NCBI GenBank assembly: GCA_963768255.1
Contig: CAVYGX010000005.1
Location: 35,094-99,093, forward strand
Direction: 5' to 3'
Source: an uncultured Acidimicrobiales bacterium
GTDB lineage: Bacteria > Actinomycetota > Acidimicrobiia > Acidimicrobiales > UBA8190
DNA length: 64,000 nucleotides
Shown: piece after piece, positions 39,661 through 49,580 of the stretch
Numbering within the stretch: the stretch's first letter is position 1
How the letters are laid out: every line of letters starts with the position of its first letter
Made by a program: the position numbers and the translations under genes
Notes under the pieces: generated by a model
Seen by the model: the letters and a program-made list of their open reading frames with translations, nothing else
Told to the model about the DNA's origin: nothing
Databases searched by the model: none

Positions 39661-40580
39661 ACGTCCTTCGAACGCCAGATGAGCGATTCGATCACCTCTC
39701 CGGGTTCGACTTCGCACCCCACTACGTCGAGGTCCCCTCCGGCGATGGGAGCAGCGACCTGCGAGTGCACTACATCGACGAGGGACCCGCAACGGGCTCG
39801 GAAAAGATCCTCCTCATGCACGGTGAGCCGTCGTGGTGCTACCTCTACCGGAAGATGATCGGGCCCCTCACCGGCGCCGGATTTCGGGTGATCGCGCCGG
39901 ACCTGGTCGGTTTCGGTCGTTCCGACAAGCCCGCCAGTCGAGACGATTACACCTATGCCCGTCACGTAGAGTGGATGCGCGCCGCGCTGTTCGACCAGCT
40001 CCAGCTGTCCGACGTCACCCTCGTCGGCCAGGATTGGGGTGGCCTCATCGGCTTGCGGCTGGTGGCCGAGAACCCCGTCCGGTTCCGCCGGGTGGTCGCC
40101 GCCAACACCGGCCTGCCCACGGGCGACACGGATATGGGCGACGCATTCATGGCGTGGCGAAAATTCTCCCAAGAGGTACCCGCACTTCCCGTGGGGCGAA
40201 TCGTGGGCGGAGGGTGCGTATCCGAGATCGCCCTCGAGGTGATCGAGTCCTACAACGCCCCGTTCCCCGAGGAGTCCTACAAAGAGGGAGCTCGCCAGTT
40301 CCCCGTGCTCGTCCCGGCGCGCCCTGACGACCCCGCGTCCGATGCCAACCGGCGGGCCTGGGAGGTGCTGCGCGAGTTCGACAAACCGTTCCTGTGCGCC
40401 TTCAGCGACCGAGACCCGATCACACGGGGAACCGACCGCATGTTCTGCGACCTGGTGCCCGGGGCCCGGGGCCAGAACCACACCACCATCACCGAGGCCG
40501 GCCACTTCCTCCAGGAGGACAAAGGCGAGGACCTCGCCGCGGCGGTGATCGACTTCGTCCATCTCAACACCGACCCCTGA
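39657..40580 (+). CDS. Haloalkane dehalogenase-type alpha/beta hydrolase
   Basis: LLMHGEPSWCYLYRKM, PDLVGFGRSDKP, nucleophile GQDWGG, and ...EAGHFLQED. The GTG start overlaps the TetR stop (GTGA at 39657-39660). Confidence 0.85.
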   Translation: MNVLRTPDERFDHLSGFDFAPHYVEVPSGDGSSDLRVHYIDEGPATGSEKILLMHGEPSWCYLYRKMIGPLTGAGFRVIAPDLVGFGRSDKPASRDDYTYARHVEWMRAALFDQLQLSDVTLVGQDWGGLIGLRLVAENPVRFRRVVAANTGLPTGDTDMGDAFMAWRKFSQEVPALPVGRIVGGGCVSEIALEVIESYNAPFPEESYKEGARQFPVLVPARPDDPASDANRRAWEVLREFDKPFLCAFSDRDPITRGTDRMFCDLVPGARGQNHTTITEAGHFLQEDKGEDLAAAVIDFVHLNTDP

Positions 40581-40639
40581 ACCCAGTTCCCCACCTCCGT
40601 CTTCTCATCGCCACCTCACCGCCGAACGATCGGATCACC

Positions 40640-42172
40640 ATGGGCCGCAAGATCCTCTTCGTCACCACCGACCAACAGCGTTACGACGCTCTCGGGTGCA
40701 CGGGCAACACCATCGCCCGCACCCCGGTCATCGACGCCCTCGCCGCCGACGGCATCGTGTACCGCCGCGCCCACAACCAGAACACCGTGTGTACGCCGGC
40801 GCGCGCCACGATGATCACCGGACAATACGTGCGGACCCATGGCGTGGTCTCCAATGGTGTGCCTCTGCCGGTCGACGCGCCCTCGGTCGCCGAGCACTTG
40901 CACGACACCGTGGGCTATCGCACCGCGCTGGTGGGCAAGGCCCATTTCCAGCCCGCCTTCGACCCCGACGGCAAGTGGATCGAGAACCGCTTGGCGAAGG
41001 ACGGTTCGACCGGGCCCTACCGGGGGTTCGACCACGTCGAGCTGGCCATGCACGGCTACCTCCGGCGCTGGCACTACGACAAATGGCTCGAAGCCAACGG
41101 CTCGGAGTGGCTGGGTGCCTACTATCCCCTCCTCAACTTCGCCAGCATGGGACTCAACGACGAGGGCGGCGGCGACACCGATGCGCCCGAGGTGAAACAC
41201 AATCCCATCCCCCGCGGGATGTACCACACAGACTGGGTTGCCGATCGCACCATCGCCTGGCTCGACTCTCTCGACCCGTCCGACGACTGGTTCTGCTGGA
41301 TGAGCTTCCCCGATCCCCATCATCCCTGGGACCCCCCCGTGGACGAGGTGCGGCGCCGGGTCGACTGGCACGACCTCGACCTCCCGCCCGGCCATCCCGG
41401 GTCGGCCGACAAAGCGGTCGAGATCCTGGCCCAGAAGCCCCACCACTGGCTCGACTGGTACGAGGGGAGGTTCCAGAACATGGAGGGCGGGCCGATGAAG
41501 TTCGTGCCCGGGAAGATGTCGCACGACCAGGTGCGAGAAGTGAGCGCACTCATCCATGTGGAGAACGAGCTCATCGACGAAGCGCTCGGCCGGGTGATGG
41601 CCCGTATCGAAGAGCGCGGCTGGGGGGGCGACACCGACGTCGTGTTCACCACTGACCACGGCGAGCTTCAGGGCGACTTCGGCCTGTTGTTCAAGGGTCC
41701 GTACCACGTGGACGCGCTGATGCGGGTGCCGCTCGTGTGGCGACCCGCTCCGAGCGCAGGGGTTCCGGCCCTCGAGGTCCACGAGCCCGTGGGCCACGTC
41801 GACCTCGTCCCGACCTTCTGCGAGATCGCGGGCGCGGCCGTTCCCGAATGGGCCCAGGGCCGTCCTCTGCCGACCGCACCGGGCTCGGACCGGCAATGGG
41901 CCATCACCGAGTGGGACAGCCAGTTCCCTCACATCGGCATGCGGTTGCGCTCGATCTACCGGGCCGGGTGGCTGTGCACCGCCTACGAGCCGGGCCCGCT
42001 CTACCAAGGGACCGAGGGTGAGCTCTACGACCTCGCCGAGGACCCTTTGCAGTGGCGCAACCTGTGGGACGACCCCGACTACAGAGCCCGGCGTGACGAG
42101 CTCGTCACCGACCTGTATGACAACCTGCCGCCTGAGCGCGAGCCCAAGCTCGCCGTGGAGGCTCCTGTCTAA
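40640..42172 (+). CDS. Sulfatase (Cys-type, formylglycine-dependent)
   Basis: ILFVTTDQQRYD, the CTPARATMITG (CxPxR) signature, GKAHF, and TTDHGE. Confidence 0.9.
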   Translation: MGRKILFVTTDQQRYDALGCTGNTIARTPVIDALAADGIVYRRAHNQNTVCTPARATMITGQYVRTHGVVSNGVPLPVDAPSVAEHLHDTVGYRTALVGKAHFQPAFDPDGKWIENRLAKDGSTGPYRGFDHVELAMHGYLRRWHYDKWLEANGSEWLGAYYPLLNFASMGLNDEGGGDTDAPEVKHNPIPRGMYHTDWVADRTIAWLDSLDPSDDWFCWMSFPDPHHPWDPPVDEVRRRVDWHDLDLPPGHPGSADKAVEILAQKPHHWLDWYEGRFQNMEGGPMKFVPGKMSHDQVREVSALIHVENELIDEALGRVMARIEERGWGGDTDVVFTTDHGELQGDFGLLFKGPYHVDALMRVPLVWRPAPSAGVPALEVHEPVGHVDLVPTFCEIAGAAVPEWAQGRPLPTAPGSDRQWAITEWDSQFPHIGMRLRSIYRAGWLCTAYEPGPLYQGTEGELYDLAEDPLQWRNLWDDPDYRARRDELVTDLYDNLPPEREPKLAVEAPV

Positions 42173-42789
42173 GGGGCGCGGGGTTCGGGTCGCGAGCCGG
42201 CAGTGGAGGAGATCGTCTCGTTGTAACGATGGAGGACGGGGCTGTCATTTCTCCACCCGATGCGGGTGATCGATGCCGTCGCAAGGTAGAGGTGCCACAC
42301 CACCTCATCTCCGGTTCCGAGCGCCCAGGCCACCGCAGCCTTGATCGGTGAGACGTGGCTCACCACGACGACGTCGGCATCGCCTCGTGCTCCGGCGCCG
42401 GGTCGTTCGAACAGCTCGTCGCATGCGCTGCGGACGCGTACCGCGACCTCTGCGAGCGATTCGCCCCCGGGAGGTCGAAAGCCGAGGTCGGCCCGCCAGC
42501 GCGCCCAGAGCTCGGCGGGGACAGCGTCGAGCGGTTGCGCCTCGAGCTCGCCGTAGTCCACTTCGATCCACCGTGGGTCGACCTCCACCGGCACGTCCAA
42601 CCGCAGTGCGTCGGCGGTATCACGCGCTCGGCCGAGGGGACTCGAGATGAGCCGGCTCACAGGCCCGAGCGCCGCCCGCAGCGCCACGGCATCGGAACGA
42701 CCCTTTGCAGTGAGCGGCGACTCGCGTCGGCCGAGGAGCTGCCCGGCAGCATTTCCTGCGGACTCGCCGTGCCGCACGAGGACGAGCAC
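42169..42789 (-). CDS. Histidine phosphatase family protein (phosphoglycerate mutase/CobC-like)
   Basis: LVLVRHGESAGN (RHG motif), ...SSPLGRARDTA..., and VVVSHVSPIKA. Confidence 0.85.
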   Translation of the reverse strand: MLVLVRHGESAGNAAGQLLGRRESPLTAKGRSDAVALRAALGPVSRLISSPLGRARDTADALRLDVPVEVDPRWIEVDYGELEAQPLDAVPAELWARWRADLGFRPPGGESLAEVAVRVRSACDELFERPGAGARGDADVVVVSHVSPIKAAVAWALGTGDEVVWHLYLATASITRIGWRNDSPVLHRYNETISSTAGSRPEPRAP

Positions 42790-42795
42790 GACGGG

Positions 42796-43563
42796 TCAGG
42801 GCACCAGGATCCGGCCGCACTGCTCGCAGGTGATCACGGCGTCGGGGGGTGCCTTGCGCACCCGGTCGAGCTCCATCGACGACAGGGCCAGGTGGCACCC
42901 GCTGCACGAGCCGCCCACGAGGCGAGCCGCACCGGTGCCTCCGAGCTTCGAACGAAGTTTCTCGTAGCGGGCAAGGAGGTCGTCGCTTACCCTCGATGCA
43001 GCCCCGGCGCGCGCCTGGTTCTCGTGAGCGATCTCGGCCTCGAGACCCTGCTCCGTGGTTGCGATGATCGTCCGCAGCCGGGCCCCGTCGTTGTCGAGGG
43101 TGCTGCGTGTCACATCGCCGGCCTGGAGCTCCCGGTCCAGAGGTTCGAGCGCCTCCATCACCTCGATCTCCCGATCCTCGAGCTCGCTGATGTGGCGCGC
43201 CAGGTGCTTCACCTCCTCGTTCATCGCTTGGAGCTCACGCGACGCCACCACCTGACCGCCGAACAATCGCTTCTCGATCGTCTCGCGCCGGGTGCGGGAT
43301 GCGTCGATCTGATGCTCGAGCGCGGCCTGGCGGCCACCCAGATCGTCGCGCTGCAGACGCAGCTCCTTGGTCCGTCCTTCGAGGGCACCCAGAGCCCGGT
43401 CCACGTTCGCCAGCTCGGCTCGTTCCGGCAACGTCGACTGGCGGTGACGGAGCTGGTCGATCACGGTGTCGTGGTCCTGGACTTCGAGCAGCCGACCCAA
43501 GGGGGGCATCGACGCGTCCGGCACTCCTGGGCCCGGCTCTGGGGCACCTTCCCCTGTGGTCAT
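42796..43563 (-). CDS. C4-type zinc-ribbon coiled-coil protein (COG1579/DUF164-like)
   Basis: A long coiled coil followed by ...GGSCSGCHLALS...VITCEQCGRILV (CxxC...CxxC). The start overlaps the Nudix stop. Confidence 0.85.
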   Translation of the reverse strand: MTTGEGAPEPGPGVPDASMPPLGRLLEVQDHDTVIDQLRHRQSTLPERAELANVDRALGALEGRTKELRLQRDDLGGRQAALEHQIDASRTRRETIEKRLFGGQVVASRELQAMNEEVKHLARHISELEDREIEVMEALEPLDRELQAGDVTRSTLDNDGARLRTIIATTEQGLEAEIAHENQARAGAASRVSDDLLARYEKLRSKLGGTGAARLVGGSCSGCHLALSSMELDRVRKAPPDAVITCEQCGRILVP

Positions 43564-44276
43564 CTCCCGCCCGTCATGTCGTTGCCGTCTCCACCTTTTC
43601 GCCTCATGTCGTCACGACCATTGTGCCGGGGCCGGGCGCCCATGCCGACCGCGCCCGACGGGGTGGGCGATTCCGAGTCCGAAGGGCCCTGTCCACCTCC
43701 GCCATCGATCTCGGGCTGGAGGCGGGCGGCGCGCAGCGCCCCCACGAGGGCCTCGTCCGCCACTGCCGTGGCCTCCTCCCACCCGAACCATCGTGCCTCG
43801 GGACTCTCGCCGGGTGGGGGGGCGGGATCTCGATCGGGCGCGAGCAGGAGGTATCGCAGGTCAAGGTGGGTGTGCCCGTTGGCGGCGTCGTGCACGTCCA
43901 CGTGGACGAGACGTGGCCCCCCCTCCGGATGGGTGAGCACCAGGCCGGTTTCCTCCTGCGACTCACGTAGGGCCGCGTCCCAGGGCCCCTCTCCGGGCTC
44001 GAGATGCCCGCCGGGCTGCAGCCACCGATGCAAGCGCTTGTGCATGTGGAGCACGGTGCCGCGCCGGCCCGCCACCACCGCCGACCCCGTGACGTGCTCG
44101 GGTCCGGCCTGTTCGTCCAACGGACTGGCCAAGATGACAAGGTCGACCGCCATGCGCGCCCACGCTCGTGCTTCGCGCCCGTCCGCTGGGACGTGGGCAT
44201 CGAGCGCGGCCCGGACGCCCGCCATCACTTCCGGGGGCCAGTTGCCGTGATCGACCGGTCGCCGGACGTGCGGCAC
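43560..44276 (-). CDS. NUDIX hydrolase
   Basis: Nudix box GGHLEPGEGPWDAALRESQEETGL. Confidence 0.85.
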   Translation of the reverse strand: MPHVRRPVDHGNWPPEVMAGVRAALDAHVPADGREARAWARMAVDLVILASPLDEQAGPEHVTGSAVVAGRRGTVLHMHKRLHRWLQPGGHLEPGEGPWDAALRESQEETGLVLTHPEGGPRLVHVDVHDAANGHTHLDLRYLLLAPDRDPAPPPGESPEARWFGWEEATAVADEALVGALRAARLQPEIDGGGGQGPSDSESPTPSGAVGMGARPRHNGRDDMRRKGGDGNDMTGGR

Positions 44277-44403
44277 GTTTCATGGCTAGCACACCGCACT
44301 CAGCCCGGCACGAGAGCGGTGCGGGGTCGTCGAGGCGGTTCGACACAGCAGATTCGACCCGGGGTGACCACCCGCCACGTCCCGAACGCTCCATGATGGT
44401 GCC

Positions 44404-45543
44404 ATGAAGCAGAGCATCCGCCTCGGCCGCGTGGGTGGCGTCCCGGTCGGGGTGCATTGGAGCGTGGCGGTCATCTTCGGCGTCGTGACCTGGGAGCTCG
44501 CCACCGTGGTGTTCCCCGACACCTACGGCCCGGGACCACATCCGGCCTACTGGGTGGCAGCGGTGGTCGCCGCCACCCTCTTCTTCATGTCGTTGCTCGC
44601 TCACGAGGGCTCCCACGCCGTCGTGGCCCGCCGACACGGCGTGGGAGTGCGTTCGATCACGCTGTGGCTCTTCGGCGGGGTGGCTCAGCTCGATGGCGAT
44701 GCGCCCAGCCCCGGAGCCGACTTCACCATCGCTGCGGTCGGCCCAGGCATGAGCATCTTCCTGGCGGGTGTGTTCGGGTGCGTGCAGTTGCTGCTCGAAG
44801 GGGCCGGGGTCCGCGGCCTGGTCGTCGGCGTCTCATCGTGGTTGTGGCAGATCAACCTGCTCCTGGCCGGGTTCAACCTCATCCCCGCCGCACCTCTCGA
44901 CGGGGGTCGCATCCTGCGGGCGGCCCTGTGGCGGATGACGGGCCAGCGCGCCCGCGCCGCGGTTCTCGCGGCGCGGGCCGGCTTGGCGTTCGGCGTCGTC
45001 CTCATAGGGCTGGGCTTCTTCGAGTTCGCCATCGGGAGCGCCTTCGGCCTGTGGCCCGTCGTTCTCGGTTGGTTCCTCTTCATGGCGGCACGAGCCGAAG
45101 CCGACGCCGCGCAGCAACTGGGAGGGATCGATGGGCTCCGCGTGGGCGCCGTCATGACCGCCCAACCTCCGGTGGTGCCGTCGGCGATGACCGTGGCCGA
45201 GCTTGGGGCCGGGCCTGTGTATTGGTGGTACGGCAAAGAGGTCGCCGCCGTGGTGGGACCGACCGGTTGGCTCGAGGGCGTCGTAACCGTCGATCGGATC
45301 AGGCGCGTGCCCCCGCACCAGCAGACGACCACCCGACTCGGTGACATCGCAGATCGGATCGAGACGATCCCCGTGGGGCGCCCCGAGGAGGCCATGACGA
45401 CCCTTCTCGGTCGCATGTACGCCGCAGGGGGACACCCGGCCGTGGTGCTCGACCCCCTCAATCGCCTGACGGGCATCGTGACTCTCGACGACGTGGATCG
45501 GGTCGGTCAGCGAAGCGAGCGACCCCCCGCGCCGGTCGCCTGA
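44404..45543 (+). CDS. Site-2 protease family (M50) metalloprotease with C-terminal CBS pair
   Basis: HExxH (LLAHEGSHAVVA), NLIPAAPLDGGR, and CBS-like repeats at the C-terminus. Confidence 0.9.
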   Translation: MKQSIRLGRVGGVPVGVHWSVAVIFGVVTWELATVVFPDTYGPGPHPAYWVAAVVAATLFFMSLLAHEGSHAVVARRHGVGVRSITLWLFGGVAQLDGDAPSPGADFTIAAVGPGMSIFLAGVFGCVQLLLEGAGVRGLVVGVSSWLWQINLLLAGFNLIPAAPLDGGRILRAALWRMTGQRARAAVLAARAGLAFGVVLIGLGFFEFAIGSAFGLWPVVLGWFLFMAARAEADAAQQLGGIDGLRVGAVMTAQPPVVPSAMTVAELGAGPVYWWYGKEVAAVVGPTGWLEGVVTVDRIRRVPPHQQTTTRLGDIADRIETIPVGRPEEAMTTLLGRMYAAGGHPAVVLDPLNRLTGIVTLDDVDRVGQRSERPPAPVA

Positions 45544-45601
45544 CGGCCGGGCCCGTCGCCATTAGCGTCTCGTCGGTGCCAGAGATCCGGACCCGCATGT
45601 C

Positions 45602-46069
45602 ATGAGTGAAGCCGTCGAGCTGGCCCGGGCGGTGTCGGCCTCCCGGGGAAGACTCATCGAGTTTGTTGGTCGATGCCCGGAGGAACGGTGGACCTCGTCC
45701 CCTCTCGGCGACGACGATCCGCGATCGGTCGCCGTCATCGTCGATCACGTCGCCGACGCCTACGAGTACCTCAGCTCCTTCGTGGCCACCCTCGCGCGGG
45801 GCGAGCCCGTCGAGGTGTCACCCGAGATCGTGGACGAGCTCAACGCACGACACTCGAGAGCGGTGGTGGCGCCGACTCGCGACGTCGTCGTCGACCACCT
45901 TCGGCGCAGCGGTGACCGATTCGTGGCGCTCATCGAGCCCATGACGGCGGATCAGCTCTCCGCCGGCGAGGGCCGCGTCACGATCACAAGGTTCGGCGAG
46001 ATCGCCGCCCTCCACGCCGACGGTCACCGCGTCGAGCTCGAGGCTGCTCTCGAGCTCTCGACTTCGTAG
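45602..46069 (+). CDS. DinB-like / maleylpyruvate-isomerase N-terminal-domain family protein
   Basis: 155-aa four-helix-type protein: ...VIVDHVADAYEY...DHLRRSGDRF...LHADGH.... Confidence 0.65.
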   Translation: MSEAVELARAVSASRGRLIEFVGRCPEERWTSSPLGDDDPRSVAVIVDHVADAYEYLSSFVATLARGEPVEVSPEIVDELNARHSRAVVAPTRDVVVDHLRRSGDRFVALIEPMTADQLSAGEGRVTITRFGEIAALHADGHRVELEAALELSTS

Positions 46070-46134
46070 CATCCAGCATCGCGTGCCAGTAGCGGCTTCG
46101 ACCTGCGTTCCGTTGCCCACTCGGCCATGACACA

Positions 46135-46758
46135 ATGGCGCCCGTGCGCCCCAACCCTCTCCACGCCACAGAGGATCCCGAGGTTGTCGGTCGGTTGATA
46201 CGCGAGAATCCGTGGGGGATCCTGGTGAGCAACACCAACGGCGAGCAGGTCGCCTCGCACTACCCGATACTGCTCGATGACGAGGCCGAAGGATTGACCG
46301 TCTTGACCCATGTTGGGCGCCCTGATGAGACGATTCATCGATTTGGGGACCGCGAGGTCTTGCTGATCATCCAAGGCCGTCACGGGTACATTTCGCCCAG
46401 TTGGTATGCACCGGGAGCAACTCGGGCGCCCACGTGGAATTTCAGCGCAGCGCATTGTTACGGTGTCCCGCAGATCCTCGATCCGGAGGAAAATCTCACG
46501 GTGCTCGCAAGACTTGTCGAGAATTTCGAACGTCACGTTGAAGAACCGATGCTGCTGGACCTGGACTGGGGTCGCCCGATTGCACTCGGCACGGTGGGCA
46601 TCCGTCTACCTATTACGCGCTTTTTCTGCAAGATCAAGATGAGCCAGGACAAGGATCCCGTCACGCAAGGTCAGGTGATGGAGGCTCTGCGGGCGCCGGG
46701 TCCATTCCACAATCCTGAACTCGCCGACGACATGGCGCAGGCTCTATCCGTTGAATAA
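46135..46758 (+). CDS. FMN-binding negative transcriptional regulator (PaiB family)
   Basis: NPWGILVS..., ASHYPILLD, GRHGYISPSWY, and PTWNFSAAHCYG. Confidence 0.85.
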   Translation: MAPVRPNPLHATEDPEVVGRLIRENPWGILVSNTNGEQVASHYPILLDDEAEGLTVLTHVGRPDETIHRFGDREVLLIIQGRHGYISPSWYAPGATRAPTWNFSAAHCYGVPQILDPEENLTVLARLVENFERHVEEPMLLDLDWGRPIALGTVGIRLPITRFFCKIKMSQDKDPVTQGQVMEALRAPGPFHNPELADDMAQALSVE

Positions 46759-46796
46759 CGAGGCGCGACACTTCTGACCGATAGATTGGCCGTCCC

Positions 46797-47645
46797 ATGC
46801 CACTCGATCCCGTCGTGCTCGCCGGTGTCCCCGTACGACGCGTGGGCTTCGGCGCCATGCAGTTGCCGGGGCCGGGTGTGTTCGGCCCACCCACCGACCG
46901 GGACCAGGCCCTGTCGGTGCTGCGTCGCGTCGCGGACGCCGGCGTCAACCACATCGACACGGCCCAATTTTACGGGCCGGTAGTGGCCAACGAGCTCATC
47001 CACGCCGCCCTCTACCCTTACCCCGACGACCTGGTCATCGTGTCCAAGGTGGGGGCTGCCCGCGACGAACGCGGCGGGTGGCTCGGTGCGCAGAGGCCCG
47101 AGGAGCTGCGCGCCGGCGTGGAGGCGAACCTGCGCACCCTCGAGCTCGACCGCATCCCGGTGGTCAACCTGCGGCGCCATCCCGAGACTGACGTCCCGCT
47201 GACCGAACAGCTCGACGCCATGTTCGCCATGCAGGCCGAGGGCCTGATCGGCGCCGTGGGCCTGAGCAACGTCCAGGTGGACGAGTACGACGCCGCTCGG
47301 CGCCGGGGCGAGGTGGCGTGCGTGCAGAACGCCTACAACATCATCGACCGGACGCACCAGGCTCTCCTCGACACCTGCAACAACGACGGTGTCCCCTTCG
47401 TGCCGTTCTTCCCCCTCGGCTCTGCCTTCGCCGCCGACCGCCCCGTGCTGAACGCACCCAACGTGCGGGCGGCCGCTGCCCACCTCGGCGTCACCCCTGC
47501 CCAGGTAGCCCAGGCCTGGCTCCTCGACCAGGGCCCCATCGTCCTTCTCATCTCGGGGACCTCCTCCCCCGCCCACCTCGAGGAGAACCTGGCTGTAGAG
47601 GATGTCGTCCTCGACGCCGAGGCGCGGGCTCTGCTGGAGCGATAG
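46797..47645 (+). CDS. Aldo/keto reductase
   Basis: VGFGAMQL..., GVNHIDTAQFYG, and ...IGAVGLSNV.... Confidence 0.9.
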   Translation: MPLDPVVLAGVPVRRVGFGAMQLPGPGVFGPPTDRDQALSVLRRVADAGVNHIDTAQFYGPVVANELIHAALYPYPDDLVIVSKVGAARDERGGWLGAQRPEELRAGVEANLRTLELDRIPVVNLRRHPETDVPLTEQLDAMFAMQAEGLIGAVGLSNVQVDEYDAARRRGEVACVQNAYNIIDRTHQALLDTCNNDGVPFVPFFPLGSAFAADRPVLNAPNVRAAAAHLGVTPAQVAQAWLLDQGPIVLLISGTSSPAHLEENLAVEDVVLDAEARALLER

Positions 47646-47670
47646 GGGCGCAGGGTTACCCACGCGCCCC
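47645..47670 (+). terminator. GC-rich hairpin immediately after the AKR stop codon (possible intrinsic terminator, no U-tract)
   Basis: GGGGCGC (47645-47651) and GCGCCCC (47664-47670) are exact reverse complements around a 12-nt loop that can pair further (GGG/CCC). Confidence 0.35.
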
Positions 47671-48042
47671 CTGACCCGCGCGGGAAGACCCATTGATTGA
47701 TGCGGCCCGTCACGGGCGACGACCGCGCAGGGACACGACTAGCTCAGGTTCTCCTTACAGACCGATCCCGACCACAGGCACTGGCACATCACATGAGAGA
47801 ATGAGTACATTCAAAAAGGGGAGGACATGTCACCAGCTCCCGACAGTCGACTCCAACGGGTTCAGGCTGATGCACCGGCCGAGCAGGTCGTCGACGCGCT
47901 CCTGCAGGACGGAGCCGTCATCGTCGAAGATCTGTTGTCCAGAGACGTCGTAAGCGCGATCAAGGGGGAAGTCCAACCGTTCGTTGACCTGGCCGACCCC
48001 GACATGCGCCATCTCAACGCCGGGGTGCAGTTCTTCCACGCC

Positions 48043-48050
48043 CAGACCCG
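48043..48050. repeat. Target-site duplication, left copy (CAGACCCG)
   Basis: Identical to 49573-49580 and directly abuts the IS terminus. Confidence 0.8.
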
Positions 48051-49572
48051 GAGGATGTCCCGACCGGCGTGGAATTTGGGTGACGGCCCGCGATGTGTCG
48101 ACTACGCGGCCACCTCCTTGCTCGAATCGTAGCGATCGGGTGTAACGCTGGCGACGTGGACCTCGAGCGCGGCGCGCAGGGTCTTTAGATGCAGGTGGCC
48201 GTTCACGCGTCGGAACTGCTCCTTCGCCTCCACCATGCCGGCCGCGCACCAGCGCAACGCCATCTGTCCGCCGTTCCACCGCTTCACGTTCGTCGAGTGG
48301 TCGCGGCAGATCTCGATCATCGACTCGATGGGGTTGGTGGAGCGCAGCGTCCGCGCCAGGGTGGGCGGCACGCCGAGGCGGGCCACGGTGAAAGTCTCGG
48401 CCAAGCCCTCGCGAAGCGACCCGGCGGCGCCGGGGTGCTTGCGGTCGAGCTCCTTGGCGAGCGCCTCGAGAGCCCCTTGGCCGGCGAGGGGGTCGGGGTT
48501 GCGGTAGGCGGCGCGCATGCGGGGCTCGACCACGGCGGCGACGTCCTTGGGCAGATGCCCCTTCACGTTTCGGATCTTGTGCTCCTGGCACCGCGCCAGC
48601 ACCGGGTGGTCGAACACGGTGGTGACCGCCGCGGGCAGCGCCTTGGCGCCGTCGAGGACGAACAGCGTGGGCTTGGTCACGTCCAGCCCCCGCTCGCGCA
48701 ACCCGACGAGCAGGCCCTTCACGACGGTGGCGTTCTCGGTGTCGCCCTCGACGAGGGCGAGGGGATGCTTGGTCCCGTCGACGGCGATCCCGAGCGCCAC
48801 GACGCACAGATGCTGGGCGAAATGGACCCCGTCGACCATGATCGCCACCAGGTCGAGCTCCGAGAGGTCGGCCGACATGAGCTCGGCCAGCGCGGACTCC
48901 GTCGCCGCCACGAAGCGGCGCGACACCGCCGACTTGGACACAGAGCGGCTCCTCGCGGTCACCGCCTCACCCACCGGTTCGAGCCCCACCGCGTAGCGCC
49001 GGGTGGAGAGCTTGGCGAGCATCCGCGCCATGGTCTCGCGGCCGAGCAGTTCGGTGGACGACGCCGACTGGTAGGTAGGCAGCTGCACCTCAGCGGTCTT
49101 GTCGACCGTGCGCAGCCGAGGCCTGCGGATGGACACCTGGCGGGCGCCCAGGGTCACGAGCCCGGCGTCGCTCCCATGACGCACCGCCGTGCGGTCCGGG
49201 TCGTGCCGGCCGCGGGCGCCGGCGAGGGCGGTGGCCTCGTCCTCGAGGATCACGTCGAGCACCTTCAGGCCAGTGCCCACCACGAAGGCGAGCAGCCCTT
49301 CCTCGAGCTCCCCAGCGAGCTCGGCGATGGCGACGGTGACGGTGGCGGGCAACGCGACGGCCGCCTCGTGGGCCGTCCGAGCTGCGTCGGGCCTGACCTT
49401 CTTCGGCGTGGTGCGCCCATTGCACGCGCAGCCAGTCGTGGTCTGATAGTTCTTCTTCACGGCGGTCCCCTTCTTGATCGGATGTCTTTGGCGGACGCCC
49501 GAGACCTACCACCAGGCAGGCATCAGGCGGGGGACCGCCACCTCAAACTTCCACGCTCAGCGGGACAACCTC
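48051..49572 (-). mobile_element. IS256-family insertion sequence (about 1.52 kb) with imperfect terminal inverted repeats and an 8-9 bp target-site duplication
   Basis: The ends read GAGGATGTCCCGACCGGCGTGGAATTTGGGTGACGG... (48051 onward) and, as reverse complement from 49572, GAGGTTGTCCCGCTGAGCGTGGAAGTTTGAGGTGGCGG.... CAGACCCG flanks both ends (48043-48050 and 49573-49580; 9 bp if the preceding C is counted). Confidence 0.85.
48102..49460 (-). CDS. IS256-family (Mutator-type) transposase
   Basis: 452-aa ORF with ...LSTRRYAVGLEPVG...SKSAVSRRFV...IMVDGVHFAQH...FVLDGAKAL...RCQEHKIRNV...STNPIESMI...NVKRW..., the family-typical DDE context. Confidence 0.9.
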   Translation of the reverse strand: MKKNYQTTTGCACNGRTTPKKVRPDAARTAHEAAVALPATVTVAIAELAGELEEGLLAFVVGTGLKVLDVILEDEATALAGARGRHDPDRTAVRHGSDAGLVTLGARQVSIRRPRLRTVDKTAEVQLPTYQSASSTELLGRETMARMLAKLSTRRYAVGLEPVGEAVTARSRSVSKSAVSRRFVAATESALAELMSADLSELDLVAIMVDGVHFAQHLCVVALGIAVDGTKHPLALVEGDTENATVVKGLLVGLRERGLDVTKPTLFVLDGAKALPAAVTTVFDHPVLARCQEHKIRNVKGHLPKDVAAVVEPRMRAAYRNPDPLAGQGALEALAKELDRKHPGAAGSLREGLAETFTVARLGVPPTLARTLRSTNPIESMIEICRDHSTNVKRWNGGQMALRWCAAGMVEAKEQFRRVNGHLHLKTLRAALEVHVASVTPDRYDSSKEVAA

Positions 49573-49580
49573 CAGACCCG
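49573..49580. repeat. Target-site duplication, right copy (CAGACCCG)
   Basis: Identical to 48043-48050 and directly abuts the IS terminus. Confidence 0.8.

Noticed and set aside
48976-48986. A tRNA T-arm-like string, GGTTCGAGCCC.
   Set aside because: It lies inside the IS256 transposase coding sequence, and no acceptor or anticodon stems can be built around it. No other tRNA-like cloverleaf was seen in the intergenic regions.
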